Below, one piece after another: positions 13,379 through 26,869 of a stretch of DNA of 64,000 bases. Numbering within the stretch: position 1 is the first letter of the stretch; every line of letters starts with the position of its first letter. This stretch comes from Octopus sinensis (Eukaryota). A program made the position numbers and the translations under genes. The DNA lies in assembly GCF_006345805.1 (NCBI RefSeq), contig NW_021836314.1:3594-67593 (forward strand), in the 5' to 3' direction. Under the pieces are notes generated by a model, which ran no database searches, was not told where the DNA came from, and saw only the letters and a list, made by a program, of their open reading frames with translations.

Positions 13379-13883
13379 CTGAAAAAGAGACAAATATTAC
13401 ACACTTTAAAATAAGTAAAATTAAATAAATCTGTTTACTCTTGTTCATTTCTAAATTGCTTTTTAGTCAACACTAACAGGGTAAATGCTGATATTACACA
13501 CTACAATTGTTTATTCCTCTTTATATTTCTATGGGAAGTGTTGTTTGAACAAGAATAGGTTCCTTCAATCTAACTTAATTATCCTAACAGAAAACCTGAT
13601 AACAAAACAGCAAAAGATGGAAGGGAATAAAATACAAAAATAAAAAAAAATAACAAGGAGACTTTCTTATGTGCACAATATGGGTTTTAGTCAACATTCT
13701 CATCTATGGTAGAAATATCTTCCTCCATACAGGCAAGGTTCTGTGGCAGGAAAATTACATCTCACATCCATGGATTCTTTAGTCCAACTGTGTGGCACCT
13801 TGGACAAATAACATTAACTATAACCTTGGGTCAACTAAGCGTTGTGAGTAAATTTGCTGCAGGAAACTGTGTGGATTCCCTTC

Positions 13884-13950
<67 letters not shown>

Positions 13951-14774
13951 ATATATTATATATATATATGCGAGTGCTTGATAACCAATATTGGTTTGTT
14001 TACGTCCCCCTAACTTAGTGATTCCTCAAAAGGTATCCGACTGATTAAGTGCCAGATTTTAAAAATTCAGTACTAAGGATGATTTGTTCGAGTAAACGCT
14101 TGAAGGTAGTACTCCAGCATGGCCGCAATCTGATAACTGAAACAAGGAATAGTAAAAGTACATACTCCAGTAGCAGTGTAATGATAAAAAAGGTTTTCAA
14201 AACAATAAAATAATAATTATTGCAATAACATTGACCATCTTCAGACCAGTGCATAACTATCAGAATCCTATTCAAAGTTCATAAAACAATGGTCACCTTT
14301 TGGTAGAAGATAAATACTGGGTACCTATAAATTGACTTTACAATTTGAACACTTCAGAAGACAATGAAGAACAAGGATAACTCATCAAACTTTATTGGAA
14401 ATCTTTGGCAAACAAATATCAGAAGCATTAGAACACTTCGACGTGGATTTAATTGTTACCAATTCTACGTCGCTAAAAGCCACACTTCTTTTTTGTCGGT
14501 TGAATTTTATAACGGGATTTTTACTAAAAGAGTCTTCCCAATGAAGACGTTCTTTTAAATTTGATTAATCTACACATTTCCTTTGGAAATAACTGAGATA
14601 TTTTGATTCAAAGTCACTTTTTTGCCTTACGCTGCCATTTTTTACCTCGAAAACTTTGAAATAAATATTTTAAAGAATCAATTTCCAATTATTTTAGCTC
14701 CAAATGTAGCTTACATCTCGATCATCATTGCCAAAACGATGCAATTAATTAGGTTGAGAGCTGAATTACTAATT

Positions 14775-15115
14775 AAATCATGTAATAGGAGTGGAAGAGC
14801 TGCACTCTGTTGTTCACAGTCTCTAAGTGAAGTTCAGTAACAAGGACGGGGAGTCTATTGTTGGGGTGCCGGGTGGGATAATCTATAGTCACCTTGATAC
14901 TTTGGTGGATGGAGTTGGCTACTTGCTGCATGCTCTCCATTATGTTCCTCTCAGTTTCTACATTACCGTTACTAGAGCTGGTCTTAACTGTGATATTAAT
15001 GCCATCTATATACCTACAGTAAATTAGAAGAGTTGTGGACTGTTTTGCCAAGGATTGCTTAGGTTTTCTGATCCACCAGGTCATGAAGAGGCCGGCAATA
15101 TCTCCAGATACACCG
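14775..15115 (-). mobile_element. Penelope-like RT fragment
   Basis: YCRYIDGI and ...NSIHQSIKVTIDYP...RLPVL resemble the PLE RT YxDD/thumb region. Confidence 0.6.
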
Positions 15116-15116
15116 A

Positions 15117-15576
15117 CACAAATGGCTGCACCTTGAACTTACATGTATAGTTTCAAGCATTTGTCTTATGAAGGAAGGCCGAAGACGCACGACCTTTGTT
15201 CTCTCGAAAAACGACGACGCCGTGGTGATCTCATTCTTGGTCACTACATCATAAGCGGAAAGTGTATCCTCTCGAAAGAGCTGTTCTTCACTCCTGCTCC
15301 AGAGCGTCGGCTGCAGGGTCACTCCGAAAAGCTCTATCTACGACGATTTCATCTCAATCGAAGGAGAGGGGCTTTCTCCGTCCGGGTTGCGGATCCGTGG
15401 AATAAGCTGCCGGACGAGATAGTGAAGATGCCGACGACCGCTCGGCGTCAAAGTCTCGCTTGACCAGAAATAGCCTGAACTCTTTGTATGACCACCCTCC
15501 CTGTACATAACGCCCTGTCCCCCTACATGGCCTTGCTTTTTCTTTTTGAGACAAAAAATTAAACTAAACTAAACTA
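15117..15576 (+). mobile_element. CR1/L2-type LINE 3' end; same family as 57737-59690
   Basis: LSYE.R...DL.SLEKRRRRGDLI...RRGAFSVRVADPWNKLP and an (AAACT)n tail; high nucleotide similarity to 57737-58170 reverse complement. Confidence 0.88.
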
Positions 15577-16489
15577 GTGATACTTTAGTCTGTGGTTCTC
15601 CAAGGTGGTTCTTACGCTAGCTCCTACTGCCTGTGCAATCATTCCTTTCTCCTAATTGTTGTTCTCAGGGAGTTGGGTGGGTAGGGTCAAGCCACACCAG
15701 CGCTCAGTGGTGCATTTATTTACTGCTGAAGTGATGGTGGGTGGTCTAAGAATCTGTGATCTGGCGGGGTAGAATATATAGTCTAAGAACGAGACACGGA
15801 TCACGCGTGTTGACATCACAGAACTACACTTCACATTTCACAGACAATCTCATTACATTATACTCCAGCAAAATCGATGTCAATAGATGGGTAGAGGGAA
15901 GCAAGTCCTTAGTGTCCACTACACAACATGTGAAGAACTTGGAGTGACCAAAAATACTCATTTTATTGAGGATGTCCTCAGTGCTAACAGAAGAAGAAGA
16001 AGAAGAAGAAGAAGAAGAAGAAAAAGAAGAAGAAGAAGAAGAAGAAGAAGAAAAAGAAGAAGAAGAGAAGGAGAAGAAGAAGAAAGGAGAAGAAGAAGAA
16101 GAAGAAGAAAAAGAAGAAGGAGAATAAGGAGGAGAAGAAGAAGGAGAAGAAGAAGAAGAAGAAGAAAGAAGAAGAAGAAGTAGAAGAAGAAGGAGAATAA
16201 GGAGGAGAAGAAGAAGAAGAAGAAGAAGAAGAAGAAGAAGAAGAAGGAGAGAAGAAGAAGGAGAAGAAAAAGAAGAAGAAGAAGAAGAAGAAAAGAAGAA
16301 GAAGAAGGAGAAGAAGAAGAAGAAGAAAAAGAAGAAGAAGAAGAAGAAGAAGAAGAAAAAGAAGAAGTAGAAAAAGAAGAAGGAGAAGAAGAAGAAGGAG
16401 AAGAAGAAGGAGAAGAAGAAGAATAACGGCAATGCGGATAAATAACTGCCAGTCGTTGTCATGTCCAAACACATTCAAATAGATATATC

Positions 16490-16675
16490 ATGAATAGAGT
16501 CCAGTAGTTGATTCGTCGATATATTAAGGAAATGCGAAAAAAATGTCATCGTTCAGAAGATATATGAAGCAGGAAGAAACGTTGCTTAGTTTCACATCGT
16601 ATGTAATTGCGAAGAAATATTGAATAATGTTCATTATGTGAAGAAAGAATTTATATGGAAATATAACGAATAAGG
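16490..16675 (-). pseudogene. Decayed LRR cassette (type-B-like acceptor flank, acceptor AG mutated to AT)
   Basis: atgaagcaggaagaaacgttgcttagtttcacatcgtatgtaattgcgaagaaatattgaataatgttc aligns with the type-B flank ctgaagcaggaaacaatattggttagattgacatagtgtgaattgcgataacatattcaatattgttc. The adjacent sequence begins YLLNDDIF. Confidence 0.6.
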
Positions 16676-17041
16676 GAAGAAGAAGAACAAGAAGAAGAAG
16701 AAGAAGAAGAAATAGAAGAAGAAGAAGAAGAAGAAAAGAAGAAGGAGGAGGAGGAGGAGACGAAGAATAAGAAGAAGAAGAAGAAGAAGGAGAAAAGAAG
16801 AAGAATGAGGAGAAGGAGAAAAAGGAGGAGGAGAAGGAGAAAAAGAAGAAGAAGAAGAAGAAAAACAAGAAGAAGAAGAGGGGGATTTAGGAAGAAGAAG
16901 AAGAAGAAGAAGAAGAAGAAGAAAAGGAAATGAAGGAGAAGGAGAAGAAGAAGAAGAAGGAGAAGAAGAAGGAGAGGGATAATAATAATAATAATAATAA
17001 GAAGAAGAAGAAGAAGAGAAGAAGAAGAAGAAGAAGAAGAA

Positions 17042-17072
<31 letters not shown>

Positions 17073-17461
17073 AAGAAGAAGAAGAAGAAGAAGAACAAAA
17101 ACTTCAACAACAATAACAAAAAAATTATCTCGGTGGAATTGTGGATAAATAACCACACGGCACCACAGAATCAACAGAACAATGTGAAATAAAATAGTAG
17201 CTAAAACTTATATTAATAGTGCAGATACAGACATACATATGAACATACACATATATTTTCAGGAATAACATTTTTATGCAGACAATTATCAACTGACAGT
17301 CATTGACATGTTCAGACTCAATCAAATAAATATAACACGAATATGAGAACTGAATATGATTTACAGTAATAGAGAGTGAGAAAACATGGAAATAAGGGGA
17401 TATTAAATTTAAAGACATAGTATATTCCTCATGTATAAACGACAACATTGAAAGAACTTAC

Positions 17462-17533
17462 AATTCCTCTAAGCTGTGAAGGCCTTGAAACATCTCCTTT
17501 TCAATCCTTGAAATTTTATTGTTGCCAAGGTTT
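17462..17533 (-). CDS. LRR cassette exon 12 (type B), NLGNNKISRIEKEMFQGLHSLEEL
   Basis: 72 nt, canonical splice sites, phase 2/2, open frame. Confidence 0.92.
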
Positions 17534-20439
17534 CTGAAGCAGGAAACAATATTGGTTAGATTGACATAGTGTGAATTGCGATAACATATTCAATATTGTT
17601 CTTTATGAAAAGGGAAAAAATATAGGAAAATAACACAAGAAGAAGAGGAACAGGAAAGAGATTGAGAAGAAGAAGAAGCCAAAGAAGAAGGGGAGGTGGG
17701 GAAGGGGAAACGGAGAAGACAAGGAGGAAGTGGAGGGGGAGAAGAAGTAGAAGAAGGAGGAGTTGGAGGAGGAGGAACGAAGGAGAGGAAAATGGCTGAG
17801 GACGGAGTAGGACAAGGAGATGAAGGAGGGGTGGGGGAAATAGGAGGAGGAGCAGAGGGTAGAGTAGAAGAAAAAGATGTAAATTATTAAAAAGAGGAGG
17901 AGGGTGAGGAGACGAAGAAGAATAGGCAAAAGAGAAGAAAAAGAAGAAGAAGAGGAAAAAGAAGAAGAAGAAGAAAGCGATGAAGAAGGAGGAGGAAGAG
18001 GAGAAGGAGGGAGAGAATTACAAAAAAGAAGATGAGAAAAAAAAGAAGAAGGAGGAGAAGGAGGAGAAGTAGAAGAAAGTAGAAGTAGGAGTGGAAGAAA
18101 AAGAGGAAGAAGAAAGAGGATAAGGAGGGGGAGGGGAAAGTAAGAATTACAAGAAGGAGGAGGAGGAGGAGAAGAAGAAGAAGAAGAAGAAGAAGAAGCA
18201 GAAGAAGAAAAAGGAGGAGGAGTAGAGGTAGAAGAAGAGGAAGAAGAACAGGAAGCTGTAGAAGAAAGAGAAGACGGAAGAAGAGGCAAGAGGTGGAGGA
18301 GGAGGATGAAGGGGAAGAAGAAGTTAGAGAAAAGAAAAAAAGAAGAAGAAGGAGGAGGAGAATAACAAAATGAAACTATGAAGAAGAAAGAGCCGAAAGA
18401 GGAGAAGTAGATGAAGAAATAGAAAGTAGAATAAGAAGAAGTAGAGGAAAAAGAAAAATAAGGAGGAAGATGAGGAGGAGAAGTAGAAGAAGAAGAAGAA
18501 GAAGAAGAAGAAGAAGAAGAAGAAGGAGAAGAAGAAGAAGAAGAAGAAGAAGAAGAGGAGGAGGAGGAGGAGGAGAAGAAGAAGAAGTAGAAGTAGAAGA
18601 AGAAAGAAGAAGAAGAAGAAGAAAAGAAGACGAAGAACAAGAAGAAGGAAAAGGAGGAGGATGAAGGGGAAGAAGAAGAGAAAGGAGGAGGATGAGAAGA
18701 ATATGAAGAAGTAGAAAGTGTAGAAGAGGTAGAAGACGAAGAAAAAAAGAAGTCGTAGAAAGAGAAGAAGAAAAGGAAAATGATGGAGGAAGACGGGGAA
18801 CAGAAGTAGAAGAAGAAGACGAAGAAGGAGAAGAAGAAGGAGAATAAGAATTAGAAGAAGAAGAAGAAAAAGGAGCAAGAGAGGAGAGGGGTGGAGATGG
18901 ACGAGAATTACAAGAAGAAAAAGGAGGGGGTGGGGTGGTGAGAGGAGGAAGTGAATTACAAGAAGTAAATGTAGATGAAGAAGAAGAGAATAAAATTAGA
19001 AGAAGAAAAGAAAGAGGAGGAGGTGGAGGAGGAGAAGAAGAAGAATAGTTTAAAAGAAGGAGAAGAAGAAGAAATTGAAGAAGAGAAGAAAAAGAAGGAG
19101 GAGGATGATGAGCAGGAGGTGAGGCGGAGGAAGGAGAAGACGAAGAAGAAGAAGAAGAAGAAGAAGAATAGTTTAAAAGAAGAAGGAGAAGAAGAAGAAA
19201 ATGAAGAAGAAGAGAAGAAAGTAAGGATAGGAGGAGGCATGAGGTTGGCTAAGGAATAAGAAGAAGGAAGACTAAGACTAAGAATATAAGAAGAAGACGA
19301 CGACGACGAAGAAGAAGAATAAGAAGAAGAAGAGGAGGAAGAAGAAGAAGAATAGAAGAAGAAGAAGAAGAAGAAAAAGACGAAGACGAAGAAGAAGAAA
19401 GGAAGAAGAAGAAGGGGAGTAGAAGAAAAAGAAGAAGAAGAAGAAGAAAGAAGTTATATTGAAAATCATGGTGTTGAAGACGAAACTGAAATTGTTCTTA
19501 AAATATCAGGAAATAATTCAAGGATAGATCGATAAATTTTGGGCGAGAAGACATGGCTGAAAAATCATGGAATATACGGAATCAGAAATCAACATATTCA
19601 AATGCACTCATACGCATTCTTATATTCATAGTATCAACGACGGAATGCGGTATGCACACTCACATCACACATATTCCCACTCACCCTTGTGGAAATATGG
19701 TGAGAGAGATTATTTCATATCGCTTCATTGTCAGAAGAATATTAGAAAACACACGCTTACAAGAAATATATCAGCAGTTTAATTGTATCAGGCCAAATAT
19801 TCGAGCTTACAAGTACAGTATGTATTTCAGGTTTACAGATAGAATGTATGTGACTATATTATTCGAATATATATTTTCCGCTTCCAATTTAGTTGCTCTA
19901 TTACATAAATAACGTGAAGTGAATGACAAAATTCGAAGTTGAATGATAATATCGAAACATGAAGGAGAATATTGAAATAGGAAATGGAGGAGGATGTAAA
20001 ATATAAAATAAAGGAATAATATATTCACATTTCACACAGAACTACACTTATATATGAACATACACAAATACTTCAGCTAAAAATATTTGATGCAAACATG
20101 TAAACTCACAAACGTTACCATTTCTAATACAAATTCATATCAAAATCATTGAAATTGGGGAACAAAATGAGTTATTTAGATGCGAATTGAAACGAAGCAA
20201 GTACAAGAAAGGAACATTATATTTTTCCTATTATTTCACATTTTCTCTCAAATTCTCTCTCTTTCTTTCACATTGTCTCGCTCTCTCATATTCTTTTTGT
20301 ATATTCCTAAATCGTGTTGATTCTACAAATTCGAATTGATTTTGTTTGGTGGAGTCTGAAATTTTATACATTTGTGAGCTTATATATCAGCATCAATTAT
20401 TACATTCGGAAAATAATATCAAGAAACTGAAGAACTTAC

Positions 20440-20511
20440 AATTCTTTTAAATTGCAAAGCCCCGTGAATACACCTTCTTTGATGGTTGCAATGTTGTTGG
20501 AACCAATATTT
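20440..20511 (-). CDS. LRR cassette exon 11 (type A), NIGSNNIATIKEGVFTGLCNLKEL
   Basis: 72 nt, canonical splice sites, phase 2/2, open frame. Confidence 0.92.
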
Positions 20512-21755
20512 CTATAGCAGTAAAGAAAGAGTAAAATAGATTATATGGAAAATATTTGTGATACGACATCAAACACTGTGACTTCAGAATGAAAGGAAGA
20601 AAAAGAAGAAATATAACGAAGAAGAAAAAGAAGAAGAAGGAGAAGAAGAAGAAAAGAAGAAGAAGAAGAAGGTAGATGAAGAGAAGAAGAAGAATAAAAA
20701 GAAGAATAAGGAGGAGGAAAAGGAGAAGAAGAAGAAGAAGAAGAAGTAGAAGAAAACGTAGAAGAAGAAAGGAGAAGATAAAGGAGAAGAAGACCTAGAA
20801 GAAGAAAAAGAAGAAGAGGAGGCGGAGGAGGCGGAGGAGGCGGAGGAGGCGGAGGAGGCGGAGGAGTCGGAGGTGGAGGAGAGGTGGGGATGTTAGGAGG
20901 AGGACAAAGGAATGGATGACTGAGGAGGGGCAGCTGGGGATAGCAGCAGAAGGAGCAGGAAGAGCAGGAGGATGAGTATAAGAGGAAGAATTGGAAGAGA
21001 ATGGAAAAGAGGGAGACCATTGAAGAAGCAGAAAGTACAGAGAAGAAAAAGAACAAGAAAAAAAGAAGGCAAAGAAGAAGACAAAGAAGAAGTAGAACAG
21101 GAAGAAAAGTAACAAGAAGAAGAAGAAGATGAAGTAGAAGAAGAATAAGAGGAAGAAGAAGAAGAAGAAGACGACGAAGAAGAAGAGGAACATGCAGGAG
21201 ATGAAGAAGGAAAGAAGAAGACGAAGAAGATGAAGAAGAAAAATAGAAGAAGAGAAAGAAGAAATTAAAGAAAAAGGAGGATGAGTAGGACGAAGAGGGG
21301 AGGTTGAGGAGAAGAATTGCAATAAGAAGAAGAAGAAAAAGGAGAAGGAGGTGGAGGAGGAGGGGGAATAGGAGAATTACAAGAAGAAGAACAAAACAAC
21401 AACAATAACAAAAAAATTATCTCGGTGGAAGTGTGGATAAATAACCACACGGCACCACAGAATCAACAGAACAATGTGAAATAAAATAGTAGCTAAAACT
21501 TATATTAATAGTGCAGATACATACATACATATGAACATACACATATATATTTTCAGGAATAACATTTTTATGCAGACAATTATCAACTGACAGTCATTGA
21601 CATGTTCAGACTCAATCAAATAAATATAAGACGAATATGAGAACTGAATATGATTTACAGTAATAGAGAGTGAGAAAACATGGAAATAAGGGGATATTAA
21701 ATTTAAAGACATAGTATATTCCTCATGTATAAACGACAACATTGAATGAACTTAC

Positions 21756-21827
21756 AATATCTCTAAGTTGTGAAGGCCTTGAAACATCTCTTTTTCAATC
21801 CTTGAAATTTTATTGAAGGAAAGAGAT
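21756..21827 (-). CDS. LRR cassette exon 10 (type B), SLSFNKISRIEKEMFQGLHNLEIL
   Basis: 72 nt, canonical splice sites, phase 2/2, open frame. Confidence 0.92.
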
Positions 21828-22861
21828 CTGAAGCAGGAAACAATATTGGTTAGATTGACATAGTGTGAGTTGCGATAACATATTCAATATTGTTCTTTAT
21901 GAAGAGGGACAAAATTATAGGAAAATAATACAAGAAGGGGAACAGGAAAGAGATTGAGGAGAAGAAGAAGACAAAGACGAAGGGGAGGAGCGGAAGGGGA
22001 AACGGAGAAGACGAGGAGGAAAAGGAGGGGGGGAGAAGAAATAGGAGGAGTTCGAGGAGGAGGTGGGGAGGAGAAGAAAAAGCTTGAGGTCGGAAGAGGA
22101 CAAGGAGATGCAGGAGGGGTGGGGGAAATAGGAGGAGGAGCAGAGGGTAGAGTAGAAGAAAAAGATGTAAATTATTAAAAAGAGGAGGAGGAGGATGAGG
22201 AGACGAAGAAGAATAGGTAAAAGAAAAAGAAGAAGAAGAGGAAAAAGAAAAAGAAGTAGAAGAAGGCGATGAAGAAGGAAGAGGAAGAGGAGAAGGAGGG
22301 AGAGAATTACAAAAAAGAAGATGAGGATAAAAAGAACGAGAAGGAGAAGGAGGAGAAGTAGAAGAAAGTAGAAGTGGGTTAGGAAGAAAAAGAAGAAGAA
22401 GAAGAAGGAGAAGTAGAAGAAGAATAAATGAAGTAGAAGAAAGAGAAGTTGAAGAAAAAGAAAAATAAATAGGAAGATGAGGAGGAGAAGTAGAAGAAGA
22501 ACAACAACAACAATAACAAAAAATTTATCCTGGTGGAAGTGTGGATAAATAACCACACGGCACCACAGAATCAACAGAACAATGTGTAAGAAAATAGTAG
22601 CTAAAACTTGTATTAATAGTGCAGATACATACATACATATGAACATACACATATATTTTCAGGAATAACATTTTGATGCAGACAATTATCAACTGACAGT
22701 CATTGACATTTTCAGACTCAATCAAATAAATATAAGACGAATATGAGAACTGAATATGATTTACAGTAATAGAGAGTGAGAAAACATGGAAATAAGGGGA
22801 TATTAAATTTAAAGACATAGTATATTCCTCATGTATAAACGACAACATTGAAAGAACTTAC

Positions 22862-22933
22862 AATTTCTCTAAGTTGTGAAGGCCTTGAAACATCTCTTTT
22901 TCAATCCTTGAAATCTTATTGTTGCGAAGACCT
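22862..22933 (-). CDS. LRR cassette exon 9 (type B), GLRNNKISRIEKEMFQGLHNLEKL
   Basis: 72 nt, canonical splice sites, phase 2/2, open frame. Confidence 0.92.
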
Positions 22934-25560
22934 CTGAAGCAGGAAACAATATTGGTTAGACTGACATAGTGTGAATTGCGATAACATATTCAATATTGTT
23001 CTTTATGAAAAAGAACAAAATTATAGGAAAATAATATGAGAGGAAGAGGAACAGGAAAGAGATTGAGGAGAAGAAGAAGCCAAAGAAGAAGGGGAGGAGG
23101 GGAAGGGGAAACGGGGAAGACAAGGAGGAAGTGGAGGGGGAAAAGAAGTAGAAGAAGGAGGAGTTGGAGGAGAAGGAACGAAGGGGAGGAAAAAGGCTGA
23201 GGACGGAGTAGAACAAGGAGATGCAGGAGGGGTGAGGGAAATAGGAGGAGGAGCAGAGGGTAGAGTAGAAGAAAAATATGTAAATTATTAAAAAGAGGAG
23301 GAGGGTGAGGAGACGAAGAAGAATAGGTAAAAGAGAAGAAAAAGGAAAAGAAGAGGAAAAAGAAGAAGCAGAAGAAGGCGATGAAGAAGGAGGAGGAAGA
23401 GGAGAAGGAGGGGGAGAATTACAAAAAAGAAGATGAGAAGAAGAAGAAAGAGGATGAGAAGGAGAAGTAGAAGAAAGTAGAAGAAAGAGGATAAGGAGGG
23501 GGAGGGGAAAGGAAGAATTACAAGATGAGGAGAAGAAGAAGAAGAAGCAGAAGAAGAAAAGGAGGAGTAGAGGTAGAAGAAGAAGAAGAAGAACAGGAAG
23601 CAGTAGAAGAAAGAGAAGAAGAAGGAAGAGGGGGCAAGAGGTGGAGGAGGAGGATGAAGGGGAAGAAGAAGTTAGAGAAAAAGAAAAAAAGAAGAAGGAG
23701 GAGGAGAATAACAAAATGAAAATATGAAGAAGAAAGAGCCGAAAGAGGAGAAGTAGACGAAGAAATAGAAAGTAGAATAAGAAGTAGAAGAAAATGAAAT
23801 AGAAGAAAGAGAAGTTGAAGAAAAAGAAAAATAAGGAGGAAGATGAGGAGAAGTACAAGAAGAAGAAGAAGAAGAAGAAGAAGGAGGAGGAGGAGGAAGA
23901 GACGTAGAAGCAGAAGTAGAAAAAGAAGAAAAAGAAGAAGAAAAAAGAAGACGAATAAGAAGAAGGAAGAGGAGGAGGATGAAGGCGAAGAAGAAGAGAA
24001 AGGAGGAGGAGGAGAAGAATATGAAGAAGTATAAAGTGTAGAAGAAGTAGAAGACGAAAAAAAAAGAAGTGGTAGAAAGAGAAGAAGAAAAGGAAAAAGA
24101 TGGAGGAAGACGGGGAACAGAAGTAGAAGAAGAAGACGAAGAAGGAGAAGAACAAGGAGAATAAGAATAAGAATTAGAAGAAGAAGAAGAAAAAGGAGCA
24201 AGAGAGGAGAGGGGTGGAGGTGGACGAGAATTACAAGAAGAAAAAGGAGGGGTGGGGTGGTGAGAGGAGGAAGTGAATTACAAGAAGTAAATGTAGATGA
24301 AGAAGAAGAGAATAAAATTAGAAGAAGAAAAGAAAGAGGAGGAGGTGGAGGAGGAGAAGAAGAAGAATAGTTTAAAAGAAGGAGAAGAAGAAGAAATTGA
24401 AGAAGAGAAGAAAAAGAAGGAGGAGGATGATGAGCAGGAGGTGAGGCGGAGGAAGGAGAAGAAGACGAAGAAGAAGAAGAAGAAGAAGAAGAAGAAGACG
24501 ACGACGACGAAGAAGAAGTAAAAGAAGAAGGAGAAGAAGAAAAGAAGAAGAAGAAGAAGAAGAAAGAAGAAGAAGAAGAAGAAGAAGATACATTAAAAAT
24601 CATTGTCTTCAAGACGACCCTTAAAATGTTTTCATAATATCAGGAAATAATTCAAGGATAGAATGAAAAATTTTGGGCGAGAAGACATGGCTGAAAAATC
24701 ATGGAATATACGGAATCAGAAATCAACATATTCAAATGCACTCATACGCATTCTTATATTCACAGTATCAACGACGGAATGCGCTCTGCACACTCACATC
24801 ACACATATTCCCACTCACCCTTGCGGAAATATGGTGAGAGAGATTATTTATTTAATATCGCTTCATTGTCACAAGAATATTAGAAAACACACGCTTACAA
24901 GAAATATATCAGCAGTTTAATTGTATCAAGCCAAGTATTCCAGCTTATAAGTACAGTAAGTATTTCAGGTTTACAGATAGATGTATGTGACTATATTATT
25001 CGAATATATATTTTCCGCTTCCAATTCAGTTGCTCTATTACATAAATAACGTGAAGTGAATGACAAAATTCGAAGTTGAATGATAATATCGAAACACGAA
25101 GGAGAATATTGAAATAAGAAATGGAGGAGGATGTAAAATATAAAATAAAGGAATAATATAGTCACATTTCACACAGAACTACACTTATATATGAACATAC
25201 ACATATACTTCAGCTAAAAATGTAACCTCACAAACGTTACCATTTCTAATACAAATTCATATCAAAACCTTTGAAATTTGGGGAACAAAAAAGAGTTAAT
25301 GAGATGCGAATTGAAACAAAGCAACTACAAGAAAGGAACATTATATTTTTCCTATTATTTCACTTTCTCTCTCAAATTCTCTCTCTTTCTTTCACATTGT
25401 CTCGCTCTCTCATATTCTCTTTGTATCTTCCTAAATCGTGTTCATTCTTCAAATTCGAATTGATTTTGTTTGGTGCAGTCTGAAATATTATATATTTGTG
25501 AGCTTATATATCAGCATCATTACTTTCGGAAAATAATATCAAGAAATTGAACAAACTTAC

Positions 25561-25632
25561 AATGTCTTTAAATTCGAAAGGCCCGTGAATAAACCTTCTT
25601 TGATGGTTGAAATGTTGTTCCATCTCAGATCT
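25561..25632 (-). CDS. LRR cassette exon 8 (type A), DLRWNNISTIKEGLFTGLSNLKTL
   Basis: 72 nt, canonical splice sites, phase 2/2, open frame. Confidence 0.92.
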
Positions 25633-26797
25633 CTATAGCAGTAAAGAAAGAGTAAAATAGATTATATGGAAAATATATGTGATACGACACCAAACACTGT
25701 GATTTCAGAATGAAAGGAAGAAAAAGAAGAAAGATAACGAAGAAAAAGAAGAAGTAGACGGAGGAGGAGGAGAAGAAGTAGAAGAAGAAGATGAGTAGAA
25801 GAAGAAAGTAGAAGAAGGAGAATTGGGCAGGAGGTGGAGGGGGCGGAAGAGAAGGTGTAGTGGGGAGGTTAGGAGGAGGACCAAGGAATGGATGACTGAG
25901 GAGCGGCAGCTGGGGGTAGAAGCAGAAGGAGCAGGAAGAGCATGAGAATGAGAATAAGAGGAAGAATTGGCAGAGAATGGAAAAGAGGGAGACAAGTGAC
26001 GGAGCAGAAAGTACAGAGAAGAAAAAGAAGAAGAAAAAAAGAAGAAGAAGAAGAAGAAGAAGAAGAAGAAGAAAAATAGAAGAAGAATACAAATAAGTAG
26101 AAAAATAAGAAGAAAAAAAGAAGGCAAAGAAGAAGACAAAAAAGAAGTAGAACACGAAGAAAAGTAACAAGAAGAAGAAGTAGATGAAGTAGAAGAAGAA
26201 GAAGACGACGAAGAAGAAGAGGAACATGTAGGAGATGAAGAGGGAAAGAAGAAGACGAAGAAGATGAAAAAAAAGAAAAATAGAAGAAGAGAAAGAAGAA
26301 ATTGAAGAAAGAGTAGGATGAGTAGGACGAAGAGGGGAGGTTGAGGAGGAGAATTGCAATAAGAAGAAGAAAAAGGAGGAGAAGGAGGTGGAGCAGGAGG
26401 GAGAATAGGAGAATTACAAGAAGAAGAACAAAACAACAACAACAACAATAAAAAAAATTTATTTCGGTGGAAGTGTGGATAAATAACCACACGGCACCAC
26501 AGAATCAAGAGAACAATGTGTAAGAAAATAGTAGCTAAAACTTATATTAATAGTGCAGATACATACATACATATGAACATACACATATATATTTGCAGGA
26601 ATTACATTTTTATGCAGACAATTATCAACTGACAGTCATTGACATGTTCAGACTCAATCAAATAAATATAAGACGAATATGAGAACTGAATATGATTTAC
26701 AGTAATAGAGAGTGAGAAAACATGGAAATAAGGGGATATTAAATTTAAAGACATAGTATATTCCTCATGTATAAACGACAACATTGAATGAACTTAC

Positions 26798-26869
26798 AAT
26801 TTCTCTAAGTTGTGAAGGCCTTGAAACATCTCCTTTTCAATCCTTGAAATTTTATTGCTGTCAAGAGAT
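26798..26869 (-). CDS. LRR cassette exon 7 (type B), SLDSNKISRIEKEMFQGLHNLEKL
   Basis: 72 nt, canonical splice sites, phase 2/2, open frame. Confidence 0.92.

Noticed and set aside
14340-14530. Faint LRR-cassette-like remnants on the minus strand
   Set aside because: Too degenerate; stops and no consistent 72-nt spacing.
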